The notes under the pieces were generated by a model. The model was not told where the DNA came from. It ran no database searches and saw nothing but the letters and a program-made list of their open reading frames with translations. DNA of 64,000 nt from an uncultured Alphaproteobacteria bacterium (GTDB lineage: Bacteria; Pseudomonadota; Alphaproteobacteria; Rhodobacterales; Rhodobacteraceae). The position numbers and the translations under genes were made by a program. Positions 9,208-19,429 of the stretch are shown piece after piece; the stretch's first letter is position 1; each line of letters starts with the position of its first letter. The stretch covers positions 3,201 through 67,200 of the forward strand of contig CACHMT010000007.1 of NCBI GenBank assembly GCA_902581005.1, written 5' to 3'.

Positions 9208-10388
9208 AAATATTTATAAGCGCAGGAGAACATTCTGGCGACCTGCTAGGCGCACACTTGATTCGAGCGTTAAAAAATGAATTAGATACCCAAAATCATA
9301 TTGACTTTCAAGGTCTGGGAGGCCCTTTAATGGAAAGTGAAGGCTTTAAAAATCTATTTAATTTTTCATTACTTTCTGTGATGGGAATAAAGGATATTTT
9401 AATTAACTTTTTTCCTATTTTTAAAATTTTGAGACAAGCTTATAAATATAATATTGCATGGAAACCTGACATTATAATTACTATAGATGCTCCCGAATTT
9501 AACTTACGCCTAGCCTCGCTGATAAAAAAAAAGTGGAAAAAAGCAAATATTGTCCATTACGTTTTGCCATCTGTTTGGGCATGGCGTCAGGGAAGAGTTA
9601 AAATTTTAAAAAAGAATTTTGATCACATTTTGTCGATCTTGCCCTTTGAAAGTGAGTTTTTACAAAACTTTCAAATAAAATGTGATTTTGTTGGGCACCC
9701 TATATCTACCAATGTATTGCCAAAAACAAGGGATGTTGTTTCCTTTAAAAGAAGTTTAAACATTAAGGATTCAACAAAAATAGTAACCCTGCTACCTGGG
9801 TCGAGGATCAGCGAGGTGAAAAGAATGCTTCCAATTTTTTTGGATACCGCTTATTCCTTATCTGAAAAATTTTCTGATATAATTTTCATATGTCCGACTC
9901 CAAGTATAGTTTCAAAAACTTTTAAAGAAATAGCTATAAAGAGAAGTATAAAAGTAAAGCAGATTGATGCAAAAATTATGTCCAGTGCAGAATTTGAAAG
10001 GGACAAAATGTCTCTTTATGCGTGTTCAGATTTAGCACTTGTAACCTCAGGCACTGTAGTTTTGGAATTGGCGAAATCAAGTGTACCAATGGTTGTTGGA
10101 TATCGCGCTGGCTTTTTAACTCAGGTAATTTATAGACTTTTTGTAAATGTTTCGTCAGCAAATTTGGTAAACTTGATAACAAAGAGTAATAATATTCCAG
10201 AGTTTCTTTTTTACCGATGTAATTCCAAGAATTTATACAGTGAATCAGAAAAGATTTTGGGTAAAAAAAAGTATGCACAGGCTCAGCTAATTTCTTCCAA
10301 ACAGGCAATCAGAGAACTTGGATATGGTTCCAAAGATCCTGCGATACGTGCAGCAAAATCAATTAAAAATTATTTTAAATTACAGTAG
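9201..10388 (+). CDS. lpxB: lipid-A-disaccharide synthase
   Basis: N-terminus KIFISAGEHSGDLLGAHLIRAL and body typical of LpxB. 395 aa. Canonical position. Confidence 0.92.
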   Translation: MLKIFISAGEHSGDLLGAHLIRALKNELDTQNHIDFQGLGGPLMESEGFKNLFNFSLLSVMGIKDILINFFPIFKILRQAYKYNIAWKPDIIITIDAPEFNLRLASLIKKKWKKANIVHYVLPSVWAWRQGRVKILKKNFDHILSILPFESEFLQNFQIKCDFVGHPISTNVLPKTRDVVSFKRSLNIKDSTKIVTLLPGSRISEVKRMLPIFLDTAYSLSEKFSDIIFICPTPSIVSKTFKEIAIKRSIKVKQIDAKIMSSAEFERDKMSLYACSDLALVTSGTVVLELAKSSVPMVVGYRAGFLTQVIYRLFVNVSSANLVNLITKSNNIPEFLFYRCNSKNLYSESEKILGKKKYAQAQLISSKQAIRELGYGSKDPAIRAAKSIKNYFKLQ

Positions 10389-10393
10389 ATATT

Positions 10394-11692
10394 TTACCGC
10401 TTATCAAAAGTCTTATAAGTTCTATGAGTTGCGCCGGTAAAAAGTTGTCTTGGGCGACCAATCTTAATATTAGGGTCTGAAATCATCTCTTGCCATTGAG
10501 CAAGCCACCCTACCGTTCTAGCCAATGCAAAAATTGGAGTGAACATGGAGGTTGGAAAGTCCATAGCCTCGAGTATTATTCCAGAATAAAAGTCGACGTT
10601 CGGATACAGTTTTTTCTCAATAAAATATTCATCTTCCAAAGCAATTTTTTCTAGTTCTTTTGCCACTTGAAGTGTTGGATTATTTTTGACCCCTAGCAAT
10701 TCAAGGACTTCATCTGCACTTTGCTTCATAACTCTGGATCTAGGATCAAAGTTTTTATAAACTCTGTGTCCGAAGCCCATCAGTCGAAATGGATCATTTT
10801 TATCCTTTGCCTTTAAGATATATTCAGGTATCCGGTCAGGAGTCCCAATCTCTTTTAACATATTTAATGCAGCCTCATTGGCGCCTCCATGAGCAGGGCC
10901 CCAGAGGCATGCTATACCTGCAGCTATACAGGCAAATGGATTTGCTCCAGAAGAAGCAGCAAGCCTAACGGTAGAAGTTGAAGCATTTTGTTCATGATCA
11001 GCATGAAGAATGAATATTCTATCCATAGCCTTACTTAAAATTGGATCACTCACATATTCTTCAGCAGGAACTGAAAAGCACATTTGTAAAAAATTGGGGG
11101 CATATTGAAGATTATTCTTGGGATAAGCAAATGGTTGTCCGATAGAATATTTATATGCCCAAGCAACGATTGTCGGAAGTTTTGCAATCATTCTGATTGT
11201 TGCTACCTCTCTCTGCCATGGATCGTTGATATCTGTACTATCATGATAAAATGCAGACATAGCCGCCTGAACGCCACAAACAATCGCCATAGGATGGGCG
11301 TCTCTTCTGAAACCACGAAAAAAATTTAACATTTGTTCGTGTAGCATCGTATGCCGTGTCACCCTGCTACAAAAGTCATCATATTGTGGCTTCGTCGGCA
11401 ATTCACCTCGTAACAGTAGGTAGGCCACTTCCAAAAAATTAGATTTTTCGGCTAACTCTTCAATAGGATACCCTCGGTAAAGAAGCTCACCCTTATCGCC
11501 GTCTATAAAAGTTATATTGCTGTCACAGGATGCTGTGGAAGTGAAACCAGGATCATATGTAAACAACCCTGTTTCTTTATATAAACTCCTTATATCTAAA
11601 ACATCAGGCCCTAACGTCCCTTTACTAACAGGTACCTTTATACTCTTCTCATCTATTTTAAGTTCAGCAAACTTTTGTGTTTTATCCAGCAA
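10394..11692 (-). CDS. gltA: citrate synthase (type II)
   Basis: 432 aa with [26 protein letters not shown] and [14 protein letters not shown] catalytic motifs. Confidence 0.96.
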   Translation of the reverse strand: MLDKTQKFAELKIDEKSIKVPVSKGTLGPDVLDIRSLYKETGLFTYDPGFTSTASCDSNITFIDGDKGELLYRGYPIEELAEKSNFLEVAYLLLRGELPTKPQYDDFCSRVTRHTMLHEQMLNFFRGFRRDAHPMAIVCGVQAAMSAFYHDSTDINDPWQREVATIRMIAKLPTIVAWAYKYSIGQPFAYPKNNLQYAPNFLQMCFSVPAEEYVSDPILSKAMDRIFILHADHEQNASTSTVRLAASSGANPFACIAAGIACLWGPAHGGANEAALNMLKEIGTPDRIPEYILKAKDKNDPFRLMGFGHRVYKNFDPRSRVMKQSADEVLELLGVKNNPTLQVAKELEKIALEDEYFIEKKLYPNVDFYSGIILEAMDFPTSMFTPIFALARTVGWLAQWQEMISDPNIKIGRPRQLFTGATHRTYKTFDKR

Positions 11693-11758
11693 TATTATCC
11701 AGCCCCTAAATTATTAAACATCAGTATAGTTTATAATAAATATTAATCAATTTTTGAT

Positions 11759-13156
11759 TCAATCAACATTAATATTTAATCTATCAAGTGTTTGATTTTC
11801 CCCTAATATCTCCATAATATGAACTATGCTAGGTGATGAAGTTGATCCAGTTAAAGCTATTCTTAGGGGAATGCCAATATCACGAAACTTTAAGTCACTT
11901 TCTTCGCAATAAGTATTTATGAATTCATTTAAAAGTTTCGAATTCCAGACAAAATTTGCTGATTTAATTGCATACACGAAATTTGAAATTATCTTTCTTG
12001 AATTATCATCTAACAGTGCCATCACTTTTTTGTCTCTAACTTCATCTGCTTCAAATAAAAATGAAGATGCCTCAAATACTTCTCCAAGTGAAGTACATCT
12101 TTCAACTACTAGAGGTAAATACTGTCTCAATTTTTCTGAAGTAGTTTCTGACAAACTTATGTCTTTATAAATTTTCATATATTGTAAAAGTAACTTATGA
12201 ATTTCATCTGCTGGCTTTGATAACAGGTGCTTTTTAGATATATTCAAAAGTTTTTTTATATCAAACCTAGAAGGACTTTTTCTTATTCCATCTAGTGTAA
12301 ACCAGGAAATTGCTTGGTTTAAGCTGAAAAACTCCTCATCTTGATAGCTCCAACCAAGCCTCGCAAGATAATTTAACATTGCATCTGGTAAAAATCCTTC
12401 TTGCTTAAAGTCTAGTAAGCTACTCTTTCCATCTCTTTTTGATAGTTTTTCGCCACTCTCATTGTGTATAAGGGGAATGTGTGCAAATTCTGGAGTTGCC
12501 CAATTTAATGCTTGGTATAGAAGTAATTGCTTAACCGTGTTTGTAAGATGATCTTCTCCTCTTATAACATGACTGATCTTCATGTTATAGTCATCCACAA
12601 CAACTGCTAGATTATATGTTGAGCTACCATCACTTCGCGCAATCACAAAATCTTCTATTGTGCTTAAATCCCATGTAAGTTTTCCTCTTACTTTATCAGT
12701 GAAATTAATTCGAGAGGGTTCACTTGGAACTTTGAATCGTACCACATATTGTTTATCAGGTTGTGTATTTTTACTAAGATCTCTCCATGGTGATCTGAAC
12801 GCAGCCTCTCGTGCACCACTTTTTTCAAAATTACTTCCCGTTTGATTTTCCCTCTCGGCGAAGCATCTAAAGGCTAGTCCTTTTTTTAATAAATAATCAA
12901 TTATTTGTTTATGTTTATTTTGGTTTTTTCCTTGAAAAACGATTTCTTCATCCCAAGGAATATTCAACCACTTAATATCATTTATGATTTTTTCTGTTAA
13001 AGAGCTTTTAGATCTTTTTAAATCAGTATCTTCAATGCGTAGTAGAAATTTTCCTTTCATACTTTTTGCAAATAGATAGTTGAAAAGTGCGGTTCTGGCA
13101 CCTCCAATATGTAAGTCACCTGTTGGAGAAGGAGCAAATCTTGTTCTTATTTCCAT
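11759..13156 (-). CDS. gltX: glutamate--tRNA ligase
   Basis: RFAPSPTGDLHIGGARTALFNY (HIGH motif) and KLSKRDG (KMSKS motif). 465 aa. Confidence 0.95.
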   Translation of the reverse strand: MEIRTRFAPSPTGDLHIGGARTALFNYLFAKSMKGKFLLRIEDTDLKRSKSSLTEKIINDIKWLNIPWDEEIVFQGKNQNKHKQIIDYLLKKGLAFRCFAERENQTGSNFEKSGAREAAFRSPWRDLSKNTQPDKQYVVRFKVPSEPSRINFTDKVRGKLTWDLSTIEDFVIARSDGSSTYNLAVVVDDYNMKISHVIRGEDHLTNTVKQLLLYQALNWATPEFAHIPLIHNESGEKLSKRDGKSSLLDFKQEGFLPDAMLNYLARLGWSYQDEEFFSLNQAISWFTLDGIRKSPSRFDIKKLLNISKKHLLSKPADEIHKLLLQYMKIYKDISLSETTSEKLRQYLPLVVERCTSLGEVFEASSFLFEADEVRDKKVMALLDDNSRKIISNFVYAIKSANFVWNSKLLNEFINTYCEESDLKFRDIGIPLRIALTGSTSSPSIVHIMEILGENQTLDRLNINVD

Positions 13157-13175
13157 AAGTAAGACTTATAGGCTA

Positions 13176-13817
13176 TTAGTATTGCCTAATCAAGCCAATC
13201 AGAATTCCTTGAATACTTATTTGACCAGCCGAATATATCCTGGTTTCAAACAATTCATTTGCAGCTTCTAAAGCTATTGTATCACCTCGTTTTCTAAATC
13301 TTTTTAATGTAGCTTCATTTTCATCTGTCAAAGCTACCACGATTTCACCATTATTTGCTGTGCTCTGCTTTTTGATAATTGCAAAATCCCCGTCATTTAT
13401 ACCAGCGTCAATCATTGATTCCCCTTTTATTTCGAGAATAAAACTATCCGATCCTTTTGTTAAAAATCTTGATACGAATAAAGATTTCTCTCCTGCTTCA
13501 ATCGCCTCTATGGGTAGCCCAGCTGCAATTCTTCCAACTACTGGTAACTCAACGACCTGCTTATCAAGTGTATCAGGTTTATGGTCTGAAGACTTTGACT
13601 TTATATTGGGTGATTTTATAATCTCTATTGCTCTCGCTTTGAAAGGTAATTTTTTTATAAACCCTCTATCTTCGAGGGCAGAAATTAGTCGGTGAATTCC
13701 TGACTTTGATTTAAGGCCCACTTTATTTTTCATTTCTTCAAAAGAAGGAGTTACACCAGACTGAGATATTCTTTCTTCAAGAAATAATAAAAGTTCATGT
13801 TGCTTTTTTGTTAACAT
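13176..13817 (-). CDS. lexA: LexA repressor
   Basis: N-terminal winged HTH (LTKKQHELLLFLEE...), Ala-Gly cleavage site (VVGRIAAGLPIEA), and the S24 peptidase Ser (GESMIDAGI) and Lys (ATLKRF). The ATG at 13817 is preceded by AGAGG at 5-nt spacing. The track start at 13832 would overlap the operator. Confidence 0.92.
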   Translation of the reverse strand: MLTKKQHELLLFLEERISQSGVTPSFEEMKNKVGLKSKSGIHRLISALEDRGFIKKLPFKARAIEIIKSPNIKSKSSDHKPDTLDKQVVELPVVGRIAAGLPIEAIEAGEKSLFVSRFLTKGSDSFILEIKGESMIDAGINDGDFAIIKKQSTANNGEIVVALTDENEATLKRFRKRGDTIALEAANELFETRIYSAGQISIQGILIGLIRQY

Positions 13818-13832
13818 ATATACCTCTACCAT

Positions 13833-13847
13833 GTTCTATATATGTTC
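13833..13847 (-). promoter_or_regulatory. alphaproteobacterial SOS box (GTTC-N7-GTTC) upstream of lexA
   Basis: The plus strand reads GTTC TATATAT GTTC (GAAC-N7-GAAC on the coding strand), 16 nt upstream of the lexA ATG at 13817. Confidence 0.8.
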
Positions 13848-13864
13848 TTTTAATAGGTGTCAAT

Positions 13865-15049
13865 CTAAATATCAATGATATCTACAATTTGATCCTTAAG
13901 CTTTGAAGATGATCCTGGAGGAATAATTAAAAGACAGTTTGATTTTATTAGCACAGAATGTAATGAGCTGTCTTGTTTTGAAAATGGTTTTACATATTGT
14001 GTTGCTGCCTTTTGATATGTAAATGCCCTCATGTAGTGTTCTCGTTGCGAAATTGGAATTTCAATGTCTTCGGACAACAAAGCTTTTCGTGTAGTTAGTG
14101 TTTCAAGCTTTTCGCCTAGAATTTTTCTAATTAATGATACAACAAACAACTTGCTACATACAATGCTTGATATCGGATTGCCTGGTAAACAAAAAATAAT
14201 TTTGCGATCCAATTTCCCTATAATTAATGGCTTTCCTGGCTTTATCGGTATCCCATCCACAAGAATTTTTATACCCAGCTTCCTGTAGTGCTTACGTATA
14301 AGGTCATAATTACCCTTTGATACACCTCCTAGCGTTATGATTATTTGAGATTGTTTGGTATTAGAAAGGGCACAGATTATCTCATCCAAGTTATCTCTGC
14401 ATATTGGAGCAATAGTTACCTCCGCTCCCTCATTTTCTAACATAGATTTGATGCCATATGGGCTAGATGAATAAATACTGTTTTTTTTTGCTTTGCTTCC
14501 TAACGCTAAAATCTCATTTCCGGTTGGAATAATACAAACTTTCGGTTTCTTTATAACAGAAACTTTTTCTACATTGAGGGAAGCTAAAGCAGAAATAAGC
14601 TTGTAGTCAATTAACATGGGGTTAGAAATTATTTGCCCCTTCTTAAAATCTAATCCAGTTTTTCTTACATATGAGCTTTTTTTATCATAATTATTGACAT
14701 ACATGAAATTACTTTGGCTCAAAGTGTTTTCCTGAATTACAACAAAATCAGCATTTTTAGGCATTCTAGATCCAGTATAAACTTTGACACACTCATTGGG
14801 CTTAATCGTATAGCTCGATCTAGAACCAGCAGGTGTTTCACCTAATACTGTGAACCTACCGATCTTTCCTAAGGATGACTTCCTAACGGCAAATCCGTCC
14901 ATGGAGGATGTATCAAATTCAGGAATATTTTTGTTTATAGCTAGTGGTTTTGAAAGAGTTCTGCCAAACGAGTCTTTTAAGTATATATTTTCAGCCAAAC
15001 ATGAAAAATTTTGTTTATATATTTCCTTTAACGCTCTGAAAACATTCAT
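13865..15049 (-). CDS. moeA: molybdopterin molybdenumtransferase MoeA
   Basis: 394 aa with SSMDGFAVR and YTGSRMP N-domain motifs, plus an MoCF-biosynthesis domain (TLGGVSKGNYD). Confidence 0.85.
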   Translation of the reverse strand: MNVFRALKEIYKQNFSCLAENIYLKDSFGRTLSKPLAINKNIPEFDTSSMDGFAVRKSSLGKIGRFTVLGETPAGSRSSYTIKPNECVKVYTGSRMPKNADFVVIQENTLSQSNFMYVNNYDKKSSYVRKTGLDFKKGQIISNPMLIDYKLISALASLNVEKVSVIKKPKVCIIPTGNEILALGSKAKKNSIYSSSPYGIKSMLENEGAEVTIAPICRDNLDEIICALSNTKQSQIIITLGGVSKGNYDLIRKHYRKLGIKILVDGIPIKPGKPLIIGKLDRKIIFCLPGNPISSIVCSKLFVVSLIRKILGEKLETLTTRKALLSEDIEIPISQREHYMRAFTYQKAATQYVKPFSKQDSSLHSVLIKSNCLLIIPPGSSSKLKDQIVDIIDI

Positions 15050-15534
15050 TTTTTAATGCTTTCTTTTTTCTTATAATCACCAGTTTTCCCACCTTTTTTT
15101 TCTAATAGCGATATATCTTTAATGTAAACAGACTTATCTACTCCTTTGACCATATCATAAATTGTAAGGCAAGAAACTGTAACTGCAGTTAGCGCTTCCA
15201 TCTCTACTCCAGTTTTCTCTTCAGATTTTACGGTGCTAACTATCTCGAGTTCTTCTTCTAGAAATCTAAAATTAATATCGCTACTATCCAGATTAATATT
15301 GTGACATAAAGGGATCAAACTTGACGTTTGCTTTGCTCCCATAATACCAGCAATCCTAGCAACATTAATAACATTTCCTTTTTGAAATTTATCATTTTTT
15401 ATCATTGTAAGTATTTTTTTTGAAAGCCAAACAGTAGCCTTTGCCTTTGCGTATCTTGATGTTTTTTTCTTTTTTGAAATGTCAACAATTCTTGCATTAC
15501 CTTTGTTATCCAAATGACTAAATTTTTTATCCAT
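15046..15534 (-). CDS. moaC: cyclic pyranopterin monophosphate synthase MoaC
   Basis: 162 aa with LIPLCHNI and GVEMEALTAVTVSCLTIYDM motifs. 4-nt overlap with moeA. Confidence 0.92.
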   Translation of the reverse strand: MDKKFSHLDNKGNARIVDISKKKKTSRYAKAKATVWLSKKILTMIKNDKFQKGNVINVARIAGIMGAKQTSSLIPLCHNINLDSSDINFRFLEEELEIVSTVKSEEKTGVEMEALTAVTVSCLTIYDMVKGVDKSVYIKDISLLEKKGGKTGDYKKKESIKK

Positions 15535-16319
15535 TATCGATTCATCAACAATTTTGTTGCTTTTTCAAGATCTTCTTGCCTCATCAAACTTTCTCCAACA
15601 AGAAATGATGATACTCCAAGCTTGGCTAGTCTTTCCAAATCACTCTTCTTTGACAAACCAGATTCAGATATTACAGTTTTATTTTTAGGCACATTGGGCA
15701 ATAGCTTGACTGTGGTTTCGATATCAGTGTTAAAAGTGTTAAGGTCTCTATTATTTATACCAATAATATTTGACGAGAAATGCTTGGTTGCTTCGAGCTC
15801 TTCAAGAGAATGTACCTCTAAAATGCATTCTAATCCAATATCTAAAGCTATAGATTCAATAGTCTTATTGTCTTCAATTGAGTTCATTCCAATTATAATA
15901 AGGATGCAGTCAGCGCCAAGGTTTTTTGACTCTATCACCTGAAGAGGGTCAATCATAAACTCTTTTCTTAGAATGGGTAGCGAGACAACATCCTTAATTT
16001 GAGCAATGTAATCATTAGAACCTTTAAAATATGTTGTATCTGTTAAGACAGACAGACACGATGCTCCACCTTTTTCATAAGATATTGCCAATTCTGTTGG
16101 GTTAAAATCTTTTCTAATAATCCCTTTTGATGGAGATGCTTTTTTGATTTCAGTTATTAACGTATAATCATTATTCCCTAATTTCTTTAGGTAGTTTTCA
16201 AATCTCTCATTGTTTTGAGAAGACTTAATGAAATTGATCCTATCGTATTCTAGCTTATCTTTGTCTAATTTACTTACTTCTTCCAATTTTGTAAGCTTTA
16301 TTTTATCTAAAATACTCAT
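15534..16319 (-). CDS. trpC: indole-3-glycerol phosphate synthase
   Basis: ITEIKKASPSKGII, SVLTD..YF.GS, LRKEF and INNRDL motifs. Confidence 0.93.
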   Translation of the reverse strand: MSILDKIKLTKLEEVSKLDKDKLEYDRINFIKSSQNNERFENYLKKLGNNDYTLITEIKKASPSKGIIRKDFNPTELAISYEKGGASCLSVLTDTTYFKGSNDYIAQIKDVVSLPILRKEFMIDPLQVIESKNLGADCILIIIGMNSIEDNKTIESIALDIGLECILEVHSLEELEATKHFSSNIIGINNRDLNTFNTDIETTVKLLPNVPKNKTVISESGLSKKSDLERLAKLGVSSFLVGESLMRQEDLEKATKLLMNR

Positions 16320-17335
16320 CGCAATGAAGTCTTCGCTTCTTTTAAGTTTTTAATTAGCTCCTTTGTTTTTCCAGAAAGTAATGCATCGGAAGCCAATCTA
16401 ACCCCGTCTTGAATGTTTGTTACTTTTTCACAAATATTTAATGCAACAGCACTGTTAAGAATAACTGAGTAAAAAAATCCACTTTTTTCCCCATTTACTA
16501 ATTGCTCGATTTTTTGCGCATTGAATTTAGGAGATCCTCCCAAAATTTCTGACAAATCACACGATGTTAAATTAACATCTTCAGGGCTAATTTTGAACTC
16601 TTTAATTTTACCTCTATCGAGTTCAACCACATAAGTTTCACCGGTGATAGAAATTTCATCAGTACCATCTGATCCGTGAACTACCCAAGCTCTCTTTGTA
16701 TTTAAATTTCTAAGAACCTCTATCATTTTTAAAGCTAATGATTTTTCATAGACACCGATAAGTTGATATTTAACAGAAGCCGGATTAGTAAGAGGACCCA
16801 GTATATTAAATACTGTTCTATAGCCAAGCTCTTGTCTAACAGGCATGACATTTTTCATAGCAGGATGATAAATAGGGGCCAACATAAAACAATAGTTAAA
16901 TTGTTCCAAGGATTTTTGTGCAACTTTTGGTTCCATAAAAGTATTTATGCCAAGTATCTCAAGAGTATCAGAAGCTCCAGCAAGTGAGGAAATTTTTCTA
17001 TTACCATGTTTGGCTACTTTCACACCAGTAGAAGCAACAAGCAGAGAGCTCGCCGTTGAAATATTTAGCGTATTCATTCCATCTCCACCCGTTCCTACAA
17101 TATCTACAGCATGCTCACTATTTAACACTTTTAGGGATTTTTTCCTCATAATAGAGGCAGCAGCCGTAAGCTCATCTATGCTTTCGCCGCGCACTTTTAA
17201 AGATGTAAGAAATGAAGATATTTCGACATCTGATAAATTACCATCCATTATGTTTTCAAAAACAATCTCGGCGTCTTTAAATGATATGGGTCCTTGTGTT
17301 GCTTTTAATAATAATTCTTTAACTTTTTCACGCAT
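16316..17335 (-). CDS. trpD: anthranilate phosphoribosyltransferase
   Basis: DIVGTGGDGMNTLNISTAS and KHGNRKISSLAGASD motifs. 339 aa. Confidence 0.94.
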   Translation of the reverse strand: MREKVKELLLKATQGPISFKDAEIVFENIMDGNLSDVEISSFLTSLKVRGESIDELTAAASIMRKKSLKVLNSEHAVDIVGTGGDGMNTLNISTASSLLVASTGVKVAKHGNRKISSLAGASDTLEILGINTFMEPKVAQKSLEQFNYCFMLAPIYHPAMKNVMPVRQELGYRTVFNILGPLTNPASVKYQLIGVYEKSLALKMIEVLRNLNTKRAWVVHGSDGTDEISITGETYVVELDRGKIKEFKISPEDVNLTSCDLSEILGGSPKFNAQKIEQLVNGEKSGFFYSVILNSAVALNICEKVTNIQDGVRLASDALLSGKTKELIKNLKEAKTSLR

Positions 17336-17930
17336 TATTTGATTCCAAAATACTCAAAAAGTTATGAAGAATTTGTTTTCCACAAGTTGTCCTAATTGAT
17401 TCTGGGTGGAATTGTAGGCCAAATATAGGTAACTCATGATGCATAATAGCCATAATAGTATCATCTCCAGACTTTGCAATCGCTGCAAGTGAAGAGGGTA
17501 GGGTTTTGGGATCTACACATAGAGAGTGATATCTTGTGGCTTCGAAAGGTGATGACAAGTTCTCAAAAATCATATGATTCTGAGAGTGATAAACCATATC
17601 TACTTTTCCATGCATTATCTCAGGAGCACTAATTATTTTTGCACCAAACGCTGCACCTATAGCTTGATGGCCTAGACAAACGCCTAATAGTGGTATTTTT
17701 CGGTTGTCCGCAACTGCCTTTACTAGGTCAACGGATATCCCAGCTTTTTCAGGACCACGTGGACCTGGGGAAATTACGATTCCTTTTGGTTTTAAGTTAA
17801 TAATCTGATCAACTGAAATTTCATCATTTCTGTGAACTTGAGCTTGATAACCTAATTCACCAAAGTAATGGTAAAGGTTATAAGTAAAGCTATCATAATT
17901 ATCTATAATCAACAGCATATTAATCCCCAA
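17328..17930 (-). CDS. trpG: anthranilate synthase component II (glutamine amidotransferase)
   Basis: LLIIDNYDSFTYNL, GVCLGHQAIG (catalytic Cys) and LQFHPES triad motifs. The start may be the ATG 12 nt downstream. Confidence 0.92.
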   Translation of the reverse strand: MGINMLLIIDNYDSFTYNLYHYFGELGYQAQVHRNDEISVDQIINLKPKGIVISPGPRGPEKAGISVDLVKAVADNRKIPLLGVCLGHQAIGAAFGAKIISAPEIMHGKVDMVYHSQNHMIFENLSSPFEATRYHSLCVDPKTLPSSLAAIAKSGDDTIMAIMHHELPIFGLQFHPESIRTTCGKQILHNFLSILESNNA

Positions 17931-19428
17931 AAAAGTGTATTGAGTCTTCTGCTGCTTTAATCAAAGCTTTCGATTTATTTACTGTTTCTTGAAATTCTTT
18001 TTCTGCGTCACTATCAAAAACTACTCCACCTCCAGCCTGCAAAAATAAATCCTGATTTTTGAGTATAGCAGTTCTTATAGCTATACAGAAATCCATTTGG
18101 CCCGACGCTCCAAAATAACCAACTCCTCCACCAAATATACTTCTTTTTTCATTTTCTAATTCGTCAATTATTTCCATAGCTCTAATTTTAGGAGCACCAG
18201 AAACTGTTCCGGCTGGTAAACCTGAGAGAAGAGCACGGATGTTATTAACATTTTTAGAAAGCTTTCCCTTAACATTTGAAACGATGTGCATGACATGACT
18301 ATATCTTTCAATGACAAAGCTTTCTGTAATTTTTACTGATCCTATTTTTGATACCCTGCCTATATCATTCCGTCCAAGGTCAAGAAGCATAAGGTGCTCT
18401 GCGAGTTCCTTTTTGTCATTCAATAACTCGTTTTCCAATGCCTTATCTTCGCTTTCATTTAGACCTCTAGGTCTTGTGCCAGCTATTGGTCGGATTGTAA
18501 CCTCGTCATCATTTTCGACCTTAACAAGTATTTCTGGGCTAGACCCTATTATGCTGAAATCATTGAAATCAAAATAAAACATGTAGGGAGATGGGTTCGT
18601 TCTTCTTAGAGACCTATACAATGAAAATCCCGGTAATAAGTACTTCATTTTCCATCTTTGACTTGGTACTACTTGGAAGATATCCCCGCTTTTAATATAC
18701 TTTTTAGCTTTATTAACTATATCTAAGTAGGCTGTTTTTGTGAAATTAGATACTGGTTTTCCAAGATAATTTTTAGGTTTTTTCTGTGCCGTTGCTTTTT
18801 TTCTTGGCAAGGCAACTTGCATGACTGTTTCCTCAATCAGTTTTACTGAGTTATTATAGGTTTTTTGTAAAGATTGCTTGTCGTTCGCCCAAGCTGGAGA
18901 TGCAACAATTAATTCATTTTTTATTGCATCTAACACAATAAGAATAGTCGGTCTAATTAATAGAATATCAGGAACACCAAGCTCGTCATTATTTATATTA
19001 GGTAAGTTTTCTATCAGCCTTATTACGTCATAGCTTACATAGCCAAATAGACCTGCAATCATAGGAGGAAGTCCTAAAGGTATATCAATTTTGCAGCTCT
19101 CTATGGTGTCTTTAAGCTCCTCTAAAGGGTTATTATTTAATTCTCTAAACCTTGGTTTACTAGATTCCTGTAAGTTTTCTGCAATTTTGCATCCACCCAT
19201 CGTACTTTCCCAAACTAGGTCAGGTCTCATTCCTATGATTGAATACCGGGCTTTATTTTCTCCGCCTGTCACAGATTCAAACAAAAAGCAATTATTTTGG
19301 CTTCCACAAACTTTTTCAAAAATTGAGACTGGAGTCTCTTTATCAGCAATTATTTTTTTAAAAATTAATTGATTGTGGCTACCAATTTTTTTGAATTTAT
19401 GGAAGCTTGGGAATATCTCATTAATCAT
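17920..19428 (-). CDS. trpE: anthranilate synthase component I
   Basis: 502 aa with a chorismate-binding domain: LFESV N-terminal motif, PSPYMFYF, GTRPRG, LPAGTVSGAPKIRAMEII, GGGVGYF. Confidence 0.94.
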   Translation of the reverse strand: MINEIFPSFHKFKKIGSHNQLIFKKIIADKETPVSIFEKVCGSQNNCFLFESVTGGENKARYSIIGMRPDLVWESTMGGCKIAENLQESSKPRFRELNNNPLEELKDTIESCKIDIPLGLPPMIAGLFGYVSYDVIRLIENLPNINNDELGVPDILLIRPTILIVLDAIKNELIVASPAWANDKQSLQKTYNNSVKLIEETVMQVALPRKKATAQKKPKNYLGKPVSNFTKTAYLDIVNKAKKYIKSGDIFQVVPSQRWKMKYLLPGFSLYRSLRRTNPSPYMFYFDFNDFSIIGSSPEILVKVENDDEVTIRPIAGTRPRGLNESEDKALENELLNDKKELAEHLMLLDLGRNDIGRVSKIGSVKITESFVIERYSHVMHIVSNVKGKLSKNVNNIRALLSGLPAGTVSGAPKIRAMEIIDELENEKRSIFGGGVGYFGASGQMDFCIAIRTAILKNQDLFLQAGGGVVFDSDAEKEFQETVNKSKALIKAAEDSIHFFGD

Positions 19429-19429
19429 T

